DNA from: a virus
Virus record (IMG/VR): IMGVR_UViG_3300040960_001746
Reading direction: 5' to 3' (one strand)
DNA length: 64,000 bases
Shown here: positions 8,814 to 17,963 of the stretch, piece after piece
Position numbering within the stretch: position 1 is the first letter of the stretch
Layout: the number at the start of each line of letters is the position of its first letter
Translations under genes and position numbers: made by a program
Notes under the pieces: generated by a model
Seen by the model: only the letters and a program-made list of their open reading frames with translations
What the model was told of the DNA's origin: nothing
The model's database searches: none

Positions 8814-9230
8814 ATGGTATTAAGAGACATAATTAAAAAGAATTTATTATTAGAAAAGCGGATTGCACAAATATCTGCCAAAGCAGAAATTGTATTCGGT
8901 TTTGACGTTATTAAAACTAAACACACCACAGAAAGAATGAAAGTTTCGTCCAGAAATTTAACCAATAACAGAACAAATGATATGAGTAATAGTGAACTTT
9001 CAGAATTTGTTAAATTATTCACTAGAGAAATTGCGGAGGGTATTGTAAGTGATGAGGTTAATGATGGGGAACCTTTTATAATAAAAAGTAGATCTTGGGG
9101 TATTAGTATGGTTATTCTTCCTGATAATGTAAGTGGTAGTTATTGGAAATTAATTATCAAAACTGTTTTTCCTGAATCAATTCACAACTCACTTAGGGTT
9201 GGGAGATATCAAATTGTTTATGAAAAATAA
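8814..9230 (+). CDS. Hypothetical protein with leader motif (MVLRDIIKKNLLLE)
   Basis: 138-aa ORF; an H...R..R...IIKTV pattern is weakly reminiscent of RelE/BECR-like folds. Confidence 0.65.
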   Translation: MVLRDIIKKNLLLEKRIAQISAKAEIVFGFDVIKTKHTTERMKVSSRNLTNNRTNDMSNSELSEFVKLFTREIAEGIVSDEVNDGEPFIIKSRSWGISMVILPDNVSGSYWKLIIKTVFPESIHNSLRVGRYQIVYEK

Positions 9231-9304
9231 AAAGAGGGGTTTGTATCTAAATCGTTACCCACCCCCTTTAAAATGACTTGTATCTAAATCGTTGCCCATC
9301 ACTT
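9229..9304 (-). ncRNA. Candidate twin-hairpin small RNA with two near-identical 20-nt loops
   Basis: AAGUGAU-[GGGCAACGAUUUAGAUACAA]-GUCAUUU-U-AAAGGGGGU-[GGGUAACGAUUUAGAUACAA]-ACCCCUCUUUUU; own promoter upstream; G-U pairs work only on the minus strand. Confidence 0.6.
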
Positions 9305-9310
9305 ATAATA

Positions 9311-9342
9311 CAAATATACAACAAATAATTTAAACTACCAAA
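9311..9342 (-). promoter_or_regulatory. Bacteroidota sigma70-type promoter driving the twin-loop RNA
   Basis: caaatata 9311-18 and caaa 9339-42, 20-nt spacer; no sizeable ORF downstream. Confidence 0.65.
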
Positions 9343-9358
9343 TAAAATTTAATTTTTT

Positions 9359-9988
9359 TTAGTTATCGAACCAAAAAACTATTCTAACATCCTCAGGATC
9401 ACCGAGTTCTAATAATGAATTTACAACATCTCTAAAGAAATAAGTTCCAACACCTATGGTGTGTAACTCCTCATCTGACATTTTATGGTAATTACTATCT
9501 AACAATTCTTTAACTGTGAAATAATTATGTGAATGCCCATCAATACCCCAATCATCACTTAATCTACATATTGTATCGGATACATCATCAGGTAACCCTT
9601 TAACCCACCCAGATATTAAATCCATATTTGAGTTTCTAACACCCGCAAGTGCACCAAATAAATCATAATTTCTTCCCGTATACGGTTGATCAGTATATGG
9701 TGAAGGGAATTTAGAACTATCTGACCACCAAGGAAAATTAGGGTCATCAGTAATACTTTTTTCTATATGATTATATATATAACTTTCCCATTTGTTTTTG
9801 GGTTTAACTCCTTTAAAATAATTTAATATGATAGTATCAGATTCATCTTTAGTTAAACCGAACTGATTTGTGACTATTCCTTTTATATGTTTTAACGTAA
9901 GATGATTAATAAATACATCACCTAGTTTCTCCCATCTACCAGTGTTAGGATTTTTTTTCTCTACAAACATATGAACATCGCATCCGAT
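9359..9988 (-). CDS. Conserved phage protein of the MGCDIH...FWFDN type; probable non-canonical ATC start (track start 9970)
   Basis: In-frame ATC-GGA-TGC-GAT-GTT-CAT precedes the ATG; RNYDLFGALAGVRN, GLPDDVS, DGHSH, VRIVFWFDN. Confidence 0.7.
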   Translation of the reverse strand: MGCDVHMFVEKKNPNTGRWEKLGDVFINHLTLKHIKGIVTNQFGLTKDESDTIILNYFKGVKPKNKWESYIYNHIEKSITDDPNFPWWSDSSKFPSPYTDQPYTGRNYDLFGALAGVRNSNMDLISGWVKGLPDDVSDTICRLSDDWGIDGHSHNYFTVKELLDSNYHKMSDEELHTIGVGTYFFRDVVNSLLELGDPEDVRIVFWFDN

Positions 9989-9990
9989 AA

Positions 9991-10650
9991 CTACTTCCCT
10001 CCTTTCTTTTTATAATAATTTATTAAATCAATATATTTTTCATGTTTTCTTTCTAAAAATATTGTAGAGTCTTTATACATCCATTCTAAAATACTTAGTA
10101 TTGATTTATTACCTTTTTTACTAATTCTATGAATTGATTTCATTTCATAAACTTTTAAGTTTACATCAACATACTTACTAATTAAATATCTTACACCCTC
10201 AATTAAATCATAATTACCTACTATTGAATAATTATACCTTCTATAATTAGGGCTATTTTTTGCCATTGTATAATTTAAACTACCATCCCCATCATATAAA
10301 CCCCTTATAAAGTGTCTATACATATCATTTTTTAAAACAGGTAATTTCACCTTTTTACTCTTATTAGGTACTACACCGTACCTATTTAAATTTTCAACAA
10401 TTTTCACAACAGAACAATCAAACATATAAATATTGCCATAACCTAAATCTCTACTTTGTATAGGCTTATCTTTATTAGGGTAAATTAGATGTGACAATTT
10501 TTCTAAATGATTATTATCCTTAATATCTACTCTAAGTCTTTTATTTTTATAATTATGTCCGTCTGCCATAATAAATCCAAGCCAATATGCCTCTTCTTCT
10601 GTTTTTATATCAGAAAAGACTTTATCATTATATAAATATTTTTTTTTCAC
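9991..10650 (-). CDS. Free-standing two-motif LAGLIDADG homing endonuclease
   Basis: AYWLGFIMADG and HFIRGLYDGDG motifs, C-terminal LERKH. Confidence 0.85.
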   Translation of the reverse strand: MKKKYLYNDKVFSDIKTEEEAYWLGFIMADGHNYKNKRLRVDIKDNNHLEKLSHLIYPNKDKPIQSRDLGYGNIYMFDCSVVKIVENLNRYGVVPNKSKKVKLPVLKNDMYRHFIRGLYDGDGSLNYTMAKNSPNYRRYNYSIVGNYDLIEGVRYLISKYVDVNLKVYEMKSIHRISKKGNKSILSILEWMYKDSTIFLERKHEKYIDLINYYKKKGGK

Positions 10651-10690
10651 TTATACAATTGTTTTTTTTTATAAATATAAATATTTTATT

Positions 10691-12559
10691 TTAAAATACA
10701 AATTTTCCAGTATCAAAAAAGTTTTCTATTATATTATCTAATTTACTTTTTGTTTCGTAAATTCGTTTTTCTTTAGTTGGTATGTTTGGTTTTTTCTTAA
10801 GTGGGTATAGTATACCATCATCACCTATTTTATAAAAATTCCCCCAATTACTTTTATTAATGTGATACCTAACTGCGATTCTTAATTGTTTTTCTGGGTT
10901 AGAGCGCCCAACATTAGATAAATAAAATTCTATATTTTTGTCTTTGTTAGGTATGTAAATATTATTAGATATTATTATACCTTCTAAATCATTTTTAATT
11001 TTCTCTTTGATGTCGTCTTCCCATTTATTCTTTAAATGGTTATAGACTTTACCAATAACATCATTATACCTTTTTAAATATATAGGGTTATTTCTTATTC
11101 CATACTCTGTTTTTTTAACTGGTGAAGCTAAAAATTCCGATAAGTAACTATCTTGTTTATTTATATCTTTTACTTCTACTTTACCATCTTTAGGTATTAT
11201 CACATTACCACCTTCATCTTTTATATCTCTATTTGCTAATATATCATATTTAGTAATACCGCTGATTTCTAAATAATTTTCAATATTTTTAATTATAAAT
11301 TTAGAAATTTCATCTACATCAAAATCATCTGATTTTATTTTTTCAGGAAAACTAAACCCTACTTTATCTAAATCATGTATTCTGGATTCAACACTCTTAG
11401 ACTCTTTTTTAAACCCTTTGTTTAAGAAACTATTTTCATACGTTTTACCAAAAAAGTCCATAACCTTTTCTATATCAGAACTAGATAATTTACAATTGTC
11501 GTTGAATATATAACAATATTCTTTTTCTTTTATTTTATTAAAATATATTTTTAGACTTTTCATATATTTTTGGACTTTACTTAAACCTTCCTTAATTACT
11601 TCATCAGGAATTTTATTTTTAGTTATAATTTCATTAATACCTTTAGAGTATTTCACAAATGTTTCCCAGTTAGACCTCTTCCCCTTTCTAATATTACCAC
11701 CAATATAATCTAAGTAAAACTTTACTTTTAAGTTTTCTTTAAATTCACCAATTAGGTTATCGATAATTTCTTTCTTTTGGGGAATCGCCTCATTTTTACT
11801 TTTACTATTACGTTTTAAATTAAATTTTTTTAATAAATCATCTAGCGATAAAGTAATTTCACTAAGGTTAGTTTTAGTTAAGTAATCTACTAGTTTAATA
11901 AAGTTATCACCTACCTCCTCCTGTGTTTTTGGTGGCCTCAAATTCTTTTGACCAACAACTCTTTGTCTATCTTTTTTTGTTTTTAACCAAAGTGAAATAT
12001 CTTTTTCATCCATATCAAAGTAACGCATTAATATTTCTCTTTGAGTTAAACCACCTTCTTTTTTTGGTTTTGCAATTGATGTCAATTCACGAAACCCTTT
12101 AATGTTTTTGTAATTAGTCCCTAATACAGTATTCACTTTAGCCAAAAATTCCTCAAACTTTTCTTTTGTGAAAACATCGCTATTACCTCTATTTGCTTCT
12201 TTAGAAACTATATACCTCACAACATAACCATTAATACTTGATGAATTTATCTGAGACGGATTATTATTAAAAGGTGGATTTAATAAAACATTTTTAATTT
12301 TTTCATCATTTGTTAACGACTCATATTCATTTACAATATAATCTATTTCTTTTTGTGATATATTTTCACTATCACCATCTAACTCAAAATCTAATTGGGT
12401 GTTGCTTATTTCGTCTCCATCAATTTCTATTTCTTCTTCTGATTCTACACCAAAATCTTCATTATCAACATCAAATTCAATCTCCTCCGATAACTTTAAT
12501 CTACCAGTGTCATAAAACTCCTCAACAATTCTATTTAATATGTCATCATATTTATTCAT
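10691..12559 (-). CDS. Large hypothetical protein with a repeated terminal motif; possible C-terminal PD-(D/E)XK domain
   Basis: N-terminal LNRIVEEFYDTG and C-terminal LDNIIENFFDTG; YDI...KVEVKD. Confidence 0.65.
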   Translation of the reverse strand: MNKYDDILNRIVEEFYDTGRLKLSEEIEFDVDNEDFGVESEEEIEIDGDEISNTQLDFELDGDSENISQKEIDYIVNEYESLTNDEKIKNVLLNPPFNNNPSQINSSSINGYVVRYIVSKEANRGNSDVFTKEKFEEFLAKVNTVLGTNYKNIKGFRELTSIAKPKKEGGLTQREILMRYFDMDEKDISLWLKTKKDRQRVVGQKNLRPPKTQEEVGDNFIKLVDYLTKTNLSEITLSLDDLLKKFNLKRNSKSKNEAIPQKKEIIDNLIGEFKENLKVKFYLDYIGGNIRKGKRSNWETFVKYSKGINEIITKNKIPDEVIKEGLSKVQKYMKSLKIYFNKIKEKEYCYIFNDNCKLSSSDIEKVMDFFGKTYENSFLNKGFKKESKSVESRIHDLDKVGFSFPEKIKSDDFDVDEISKFIIKNIENYLEISGITKYDILANRDIKDEGGNVIIPKDGKVEVKDINKQDSYLSEFLASPVKKTEYGIRNNPIYLKRYNDVIGKVYNHLKNKWEDDIKEKIKNDLEGIIISNNIYIPNKDKNIEFYLSNVGRSNPEKQLRIAVRYHINKSNWGNFYKIGDDGILYPLKKKPNIPTKEKRIYETKSKLDNIIENFFDTGKFVF

Positions 12560-12626
12560 ATATTATAAATATCATAATATTTTACATTTTTTAAATAATG
12601 AACATATTCATATAAAAAAAGAAATT

Positions 12627-12953
12627 ATGGAAATGGAAGAATTGTATGATCGTATGTCTGAGTTATTAGATCAGGCTAGTAATATGTGTAATGAAGTGAT
12701 GATAAGTAACCCTTATGATGCAATAGATGCGTTGACTGACTTAATGGAAGAAAGTGGGGGTTATGACACCCAAATAGGGGATCTTATAGATGATATTGCA
12801 CAAACAATGGAGGACATTGATTCTATGGAATCAGAAGAATACTTTAGAGGTGGTATGGATGAATCTAAAAAATCTAAAAAGAAAATAATTAGATTGTCTG
12901 AATCTGACTTACAACGTATCGTAAAAAGAGTTATTAGAGAAAGTAGACGTTAA
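12627..12953 (+). CDS. Acidic protein with C-terminal IIRLSESDLQRIVKRVIRE motif
   Basis: Start MEMEELYD chosen over track start 12540, which overlaps the divergent gene. Confidence 0.7.
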   Translation: MEMEELYDRMSELLDQASNMCNEVMISNPYDAIDALTDLMEESGGYDTQIGDLIDDIAQTMEDIDSMESEEYFRGGMDESKKSKKKIIRLSESDLQRIVKRVIRESRR

Positions 12954-13963
12954 TCCTTATAAAACTGTTTAAGGTATTCAATATTGTTTTTCAATACATC
13001 TTTACCTAAAAACCTTTCTGTAAAGTTATCTTCTCTATAATACAAGTTTACCCCATTACAATTTGGGGTTTCTCCCGCAAATATATCTATATATCTGTAT
13101 TGTGGTTTTTCAGTACTTCTTTTCGCAGTATATGATTTACTTTTAACTTGTACCAAATAGATGTTACCATCTTTTTCTGTAATTAGATCAACACCATACT
13201 TCATATCGATAAAGTCTCCATTACCACCCTCATATAATGTGGTATACCCATCATCTTCTAACAATACTTTAGTTAATGTTTCTACATAGTCACCCATCTT
13301 AGTATTGGTTTTAGTATTATAAGTAAAGTCTCTATATTCATCAATAGTAAAATATTTTTTTAATAATCCTATCATAGTTTTACCTTTTAATGGTAATAAG
13401 AAATTTTTTATTTCAGTACTATTCATTTTGGATAACTTCTCTATCTGCCCACCTTTAAGGAATAAAGTTGTTAGTAGTTCTGATAAGTCACTATAGTTAG
13501 AATTTAATTTATTCACATAATCCCATTCACCATTCTCATCTTTAACCAAACAACAATTATTTAATTTGGGTGTATAATAAGAACCATCAGATTTTTTAAT
13601 GATATCATCTATCTTACCTGTCCTATATAGATACTCTAATGGTTTTTGGTATTTTGAGTTCATATCTTCACATTCTCTGACTTCATCTAATATGGGATTT
13701 ATTACATCAATCATACCTAACCCGTCTCTATTAGATATCCAAGAACCCAACTTCTTAATATTATCACAGACAAGTTTTTCATTACCATAGAAACGATCAC
13801 AACAATAGTAATCTATTTTTCTTTCTTCAATAATCTTATCCGCCTCCCTTCTTTCTTTTTCTTCTGATTCAACACTAGGATGTGATAAACCATTATCATA
13901 AACTTTTCTATCATCATTTAATAGAAAATCCATTATATCTTTATTCGTATCTTTTTGTCCCAT
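12950..13963 (-). CDS. Protein with C-terminal restriction-endonuclease-fold (PD-(D/E)XK) domain
   Basis: GDYVETL...GVDLITEKDGNIYLVQVKS. Confidence 0.6.
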   Translation of the reverse strand: MGQKDTNKDIMDFLLNDDRKVYDNGLSHPSVESEEKERREADKIIEERKIDYYCCDRFYGNEKLVCDNIKKLGSWISNRDGLGMIDVINPILDEVRECEDMNSKYQKPLEYLYRTGKIDDIIKKSDGSYYTPKLNNCCLVKDENGEWDYVNKLNSNYSDLSELLTTLFLKGGQIEKLSKMNSTEIKNFLLPLKGKTMIGLLKKYFTIDEYRDFTYNTKTNTKMGDYVETLTKVLLEDDGYTTLYEGGNGDFIDMKYGVDLITEKDGNIYLVQVKSKSYTAKRSTEKPQYRYIDIFAGETPNCNGVNLYYREDNFTERFLGKDVLKNNIEYLKQFYKD

Positions 13964-13999
13964 ATTCCAATAATAAAGATTATTTAACGGAATGTCAAA

Positions 14000-14221
14000 T
14001 TATTCTATTTCAAAGACAAATGTTACTCCCGCAATATTTATCTCAATAAGTTCATTGTGTACAAAGTTTGTGAGATTATTGTTTGTATTATAAAACAATT
14101 CTTCATCTAATTTCTTATGTGTGTCACGATCAAGTTTATACATTAGTGTTAACCCCTCAATAGGTATATTCTCATTTTCAACACATTCATTCGCTATCTC
14201 TAAAACTTTTTCTAAATTCAT
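14000..14221 (-). CDS. Hypothetical protein
   Basis: 73-aa ORF in operon. Confidence 0.7.
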   Translation of the reverse strand: MNLEKVLEIANECVENENIPIEGLTLMYKLDRDTHKKLDEELFYNTNNNLTNFVHNELIEINIAGVTFVFEIE

Positions 14222-14222
14222 C

Positions 14223-14414
14223 CTAAAAAACTTTCATTAATTTTTCCCAAAATTTTTTCCATTTAGATTTTTTAATTTTGGTAACTTTACCACCATTACT
14301 TCTGATGTGTTCACCCAAACCACCTTTTATCTTTCTGATAAACTGTTCTTTCTTCAACTGGGTTTTTTCTTTCTCTGCCTCCATATCGGCATTAATTTTT
14401 CTAAACTCATCCAT
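14223..14414 (-). CDS. Small basic hypothetical protein
   Basis: Start MDEFRKIN removes the overlap with the NUDIX gene. Confidence 0.65.
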   Translation of the reverse strand: MDEFRKINADMEAEKEKTQLKKEQFIRKIKGGLGEHIRSNGGKVTKIKKSKWKKFWEKLMKVF

Positions 14415-14428
14415 AATAATAAGTATAA

Positions 14429-14809
14429 CTAAAAAATACGAGTAAGTGAAGCAAATAGGGTAGGAAATAATGGTTTTGGTAAATCTTTTAAGTCGAACCA
14501 ACCCCAATCTTGATTCTCATCATTTAACTTACATTCATATTCTTCATTACAATAACCTAAATAGAAATGATATGGATAACCCATATCCCATTGTTCCTCA
14601 AAAGGTATATATCTTATATTGTCAGATTCTATTTCAGTCTCCTCAAATAATTCTCTTTTAATACCTTCTAAAATAGACTCACCTTCTTCTATCTTACCAC
14701 CAAATAAAGACCAACAATTAGGGAATGATCCATCTTTACCTCTTTGTCCGAGTAAAAACTTTTCACCACATATTAATAAAACTCCTCCGTATAACTTTCC
14801 TTTTTTCAT
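14429..14809 (-). CDS. NUDIX hydrolase
   Basis: Nudix box GGKIEEGESILEGIKRELFEETEI. Confidence 0.9.
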   Translation of the reverse strand: MKKGKLYGGVLLICGEKFLLGQRGKDGSFPNCWSLFGGKIEEGESILEGIKRELFEETEIESDNIRYIPFEEQWDMGYPYHFYLGYCNEEYECKLNDENQDWGWFDLKDLPKPLFPTLFASLTRIF

Positions 14810-15132
14810 AAATTATTTAAAATTTTTTCTAACTCAGATTTAATCCATTTATGTCCTTTACTATTTAAATGTATTTTATCTTTACTGAAATTATCTTCAC
14901 CTAAACTATTTGCATTTATTTTATAATCAGGTAAATTACTATTCATACTATGTTTAGCTATTAGTTCATTAGAAGGATATTTTTTCGGCCCACTATAAAA
15001 GTTTTTTGTTGGGTTGCTGATTGCGATTAACTTTGACTCTGAATTGTTTTTAACATAATTATACATACTATCTAAATTAGTTTGTGCAGTCTCAATCGTA
15101 TTTTTGAAGATTATTTTTTTCAATAATATCAA
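14806..15132 (-). pseudogene. C-terminal half of an SGNH/GDSL hydrolase (orphan fragment)
   Basis: TNLDSMYNYV...LIAISNP...DKIHLNSKGH (block V DxxH); GDS and GxND blocks absent; start lies inside the upstream gene. Confidence 0.5.
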
Positions 15133-16000
15133 TTAAAGTTTTGTCATATGTAGATTTAGTAGCGTACCCCGCTTTCTTCAAACCCTTAGCCCAACCTTTA
15201 TAATCTGTTATATCTAAATCAAATAATTTATTGTATCTACTATTATTTTTTAAAAAATTAGAATGATCCTCAAATGAATCTTCAATTTCATCATAATTTC
15301 TAAAACACTCATCAGGTCTATCATCATCATGATATGATTTATCTCCTGTCCATCCATGACATTTTATACCGAAATGATTTTTTCCATTTCTAGCCAACTT
15401 TGAATTTCCATTTCCCGACTCTAAAACTGCTTGTGCAATAGTAATAGAAGCAGGTATCTTGTGTTTTTTCATTTGATCAATTGCTATGTCCTTAACTAAA
15501 TTAATGTATTCTGTTCTACTATATGTTTTATTTGGTTCATAGTCCACAACTACATCATCACCTTCTACTTCTGCAGTACTTTCATCATCTTCTATCTCTG
15601 CAGTACTTTCATCATCTTCTACTTCTGCGGTGCTTTCATCATCTTCTATTTCTTCATCACCATAATCCCAATCTAAACCAGAAAAATAATCAATGTTACC
15701 TATTTTTTCATCATCTTCAGGGGTATATTTAACCCAGTAATCTATAATATCAGAAATAGTCTTTTTTTGTTCTTCATTATATTTGTCCGCAACCAAATAT
15801 ACAATACCGTCTTCTATTTTACTCACATATGTGTTTATGTCGTATTTTATTTTCAAATTTTGACCTAAAGTACCTAAATATAATCTAATGTTAGGTGTTG
15901 CATCATATTCATCTTTAGGGTCACTGTAAACAATATATTCATTTAATTTTTGTTTAACCAATCGTTTATATTGACTTTCTGTTAATATTATTCTTTTCAT
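15092..16000 (-). CDS. GH73 glucosaminidase/muramidase (FlgJ-like) with leader and acidic linker
   Basis: IPASITIAQAVLESGNG, NHFGIKC, FRNY, LKKAGYAT. Confidence 0.9.
   Translation of the reverse strand: MKRIILTESQYKRLVKQKLNEYIVYSDPKDEYDATPNIRLYLGTLGQNLKIKYDINTYVSKIEDGIVYLVADKYNEEQKKTISDIIDYWVKYTPEDDEKIGNIDYFSGLDWDYGDEEIEDDESTAEVEDDESTAEIEDDESTAEVEGDDVVVDYEPNKTYSRTEYINLVKDIAIDQMKKHKIPASITIAQAVLESGNGNSKLARNGKNHFGIKCHGWTGDKSYHDDDRPDECFRNYDEIEDSFEDHSNFLKNNSRYNKLFDLDITDYKGWAKGLKKAGYATKSTYDKTLIDIIEKNNLQKYD
15563..15643. repeat. 3 x 27-bp tandem repeat encoding DDESTAE(V/I)E linker
   Basis: ttctacttctgcagtactttcatcatc units at 15563, 15590 and 15617. Confidence 0.9.
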
Positions 16001-16905
16001 ACTACAGTAATTAATCTCAATAATTTTCTTTTTAAGTATTCACCATTCATTTTAAATTTCCTTTCTAAGTCATTTAAAAATACATCAATAGACTTCATTT
16101 TAGGAATACCATCTTTAGAATAATAACACATCATTATTTTATATAAATGATTAACCCTATCCTTATCTAAATTATTAATCTCTTCTAAATAAATATTAGG
16201 ATCATAGTTTAACATTGTTTCTGCAAAGGTATATATCGGATTCTCTTTAAGGTAAGTCATAAATTGTGTTCTATTTTCAGGATTTCTTTTTGATATCATC
16301 GTTGCCGCTTGTTGTATGAAAGCGTTGTTCTCAAAAGAGAGTGCAACATATAACATATAACCAATTCTATCAACCGCATCTCCATATATACTACCTTCAG
16401 TATATATACTCTCACACCCCTTTATCTCTTTTGGTGATTCAAGTCCTCTACTAACCCATTCATTAAGGTGCATAAACTCATGTGATAAATGTGATGAAAA
16501 ATAATAATGTAAAGTACCCATATCAATACTACTCCTGTCTTTAGGTAATACCATAGTAACCTCTACTTCCACATCTAATATATTATAAGTACCATCCTCA
16601 TTTTCCACCATTTGTGTATAAAAAGGACTATAGTTCATATCTATTGACGCTTCATCATCTTCACTATCTACTATAATAACAGGTAATATTACACTATCTA
16701 TAGGTAATTCTTCATAAAAATCTTTACCTTTTAATTTTAAAGATAGTTTAGTTAGGAGATATACATCCTCTTCAACATCTTGTTCTATAATCTTAGGTAA
16801 TAATTCATCTGTAACATAATCTGCCCACTTTTCAACAGACTTAGAATATCCTCTACCTTCATTTATTAATTTATCGTATTGTTTTCTATTTACAATAACC
16901 TTCAT
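15997..16905 (-). CDS. Putative zincin metalloprotease with leader motif
   Basis: LSHEFMH (HExxH) and downstream ENNA glutamate. Confidence 0.6.
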   Translation of the reverse strand: MKVIVNRKQYDKLINEGRGYSKSVEKWADYVTDELLPKIIEQDVEEDVYLLTKLSLKLKGKDFYEELPIDSVILPVIIVDSEDDEASIDMNYSPFYTQMVENEDGTYNILDVEVEVTMVLPKDRSSIDMGTLHYYFSSHLSHEFMHLNEWVSRGLESPKEIKGCESIYTEGSIYGDAVDRIGYMLYVALSFENNAFIQQAATMISKRNPENRTQFMTYLKENPIYTFAETMLNYDPNIYLEEINNLDKDRVNHLYKIMMCYYSKDGIPKMKSIDVFLNDLERKFKMNGEYLKRKLLRLITVV

Positions 16906-16958
16906 TATCTTTAACTTTATATATAAATATTATAAAATTATTTAAAAAAGTAAGTATT

Positions 16959-17279
16959 ATGGAATTATTATTAATTATTTTAGTTGGTTACTCAATATCC
17001 AACATCATTGTTTACGGATCAATCTTCGAAGGAATGAGAGAAACTGCGGAAGCTTATAGTCCTAACTTCTTTGGTAAGTTAGTTAACTGTATGATGTGTA
17101 CTCCTTGGTGGGTAGGATTTTTTCTATCTTTAGGATCACAGATAACAGGATACACACAATTCTCACCATTCTATAACTATGGTTTAGAGATTAGTTATCT
17201 TTCAGTATTTTTAGATGCTTGTTTAGTATCTGGTACAACGTGGTTGATTCACACAATACAAGAAAAATTAGAGGTTTAA
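16959..17279 (+). CDS. DUF1360-like membrane protein
   Basis: Three hydrophobic segments; LVNCMMCTPWWVG CxxC motif. Confidence 0.6.
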   Translation: MELLLIILVGYSISNIIVYGSIFEGMRETAEAYSPNFFGKLVNCMMCTPWWVGFFLSLGSQITGYTQFSPFYNYGLEISYLSVFLDACLVSGTTWLIHTIQEKLEV

Positions 17280-17310
17280 AAAAAAAAGAGGAATTAAACT
17301 TCCTCTTTTT
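17278..17310. terminator. Bidirectional terminator between convergent genes
   Basis: aaaaagaggaa-ttaaac-ttcctcttttt. Confidence 0.7.
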
Positions 17311-17761
17311 CTATTACTTTTCCATTTGATTTGGTTGGTGGTAGTTCTATACCATTGTGTGTTTTGTTAGACGTTTCATTAGTTTTGATGTCTTTAAGAG
17401 TTGGTTCCTCAATAGATTCTATAACAAACTTTAACTTCTCTAGTTCTTTAAGTGACTTATCACTAAACAACATTTTTAATTCCTCTATCTTCGCCTTAAG
17501 TAATGTTAACTTATTCTCTTTCTCAATATTAAAATCTATAACATATTCAACATGATTTAAGACACTATCAATACTATCGTCTTTGTCTTTTGGGAAAACC
17601 ATAAAATAATTTTTATTATTACTACTTGGTTTATAACTAATTTGATCAGACTCAAACATATCCCAGTTTTCCATTAACACAACATCAACAACAGGTAAAT
17701 CTTTTACAAATCTAATTCCTGTTACATATGGTCTTAACTCACTTAATTTTTCTTGAAACAT
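17294..17761 (-). CDS. Hypothetical protein
   Basis: 155-aa ORF. Confidence 0.75.
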   Translation of the reverse strand: MFQEKLSELRPYVTGIRFVKDLPVVDVVLMENWDMFESDQISYKPSSNNKNYFMVFPKDKDDSIDSVLNHVEYVIDFNIEKENKLTLLKAKIEELKMLFSDKSLKELEKLKFVIESIEEPTLKDIKTNETSNKTHNGIELPPTKSNGKVIEKEEV

Positions 17762-17766
17762 ATTTT

Positions 17767-17961
17767 TTAGGTTAAAACATTTATTATTGATGTTATAAAA
17801 TAGGATATTGCTAAACCTACAGTAATCAATGCAGGATTATTGATTTTAAACTTTTCACCTAACCTAATACTTCTAACTAAGAAAAACAAATTTCTTATAA
17901 TAATCAGTGTCGAGAAGACAAAAACCAACAAATATGCGTTATTAACAATATCCTCAAACAT
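17767..17961 (-). CDS. Small two-TM membrane protein
   Basis: Two hydrophobic helices in 64 aa. Confidence 0.65.
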   Translation of the reverse strand: MFEDIVNNAYLLVFVFSTLIIIRNLFFLVRSIRLGEKFKINNPALITVGLAISYFITSIINVLT

Positions 17962-17963
17962 AT

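Noticed and set aside
9253-9297. 14-codon ORF MGNDLDTSHFKGGG inside the twin-loop RNA
   Set aside because: Too short, and the second repeat is in another frame; RNA structure explains the pattern better, though a peptide cannot be excluded
9241-9298. Direct repeat as a mini-CRISPR array
   Set aside because: Only two 21-nt copies with a 16-nt gap that forms the stems; no cas genes; the exonuclease at 33168 lacks the Cas4 Fe-S cysteine pattern
9991-10690. Group I intron or intein around the LAGLIDADG gene
   Set aside because: Flanks are only a few tens of AT-rich bases with no intron core; no intein splice residues; the gene has its own promoter motif
12564-12572. T4-type late promoter TATAAATA
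   Set aside because: The motif is consistently on the antisense strand relative to downstream genes; the sense-strand motif is ATATTTAT
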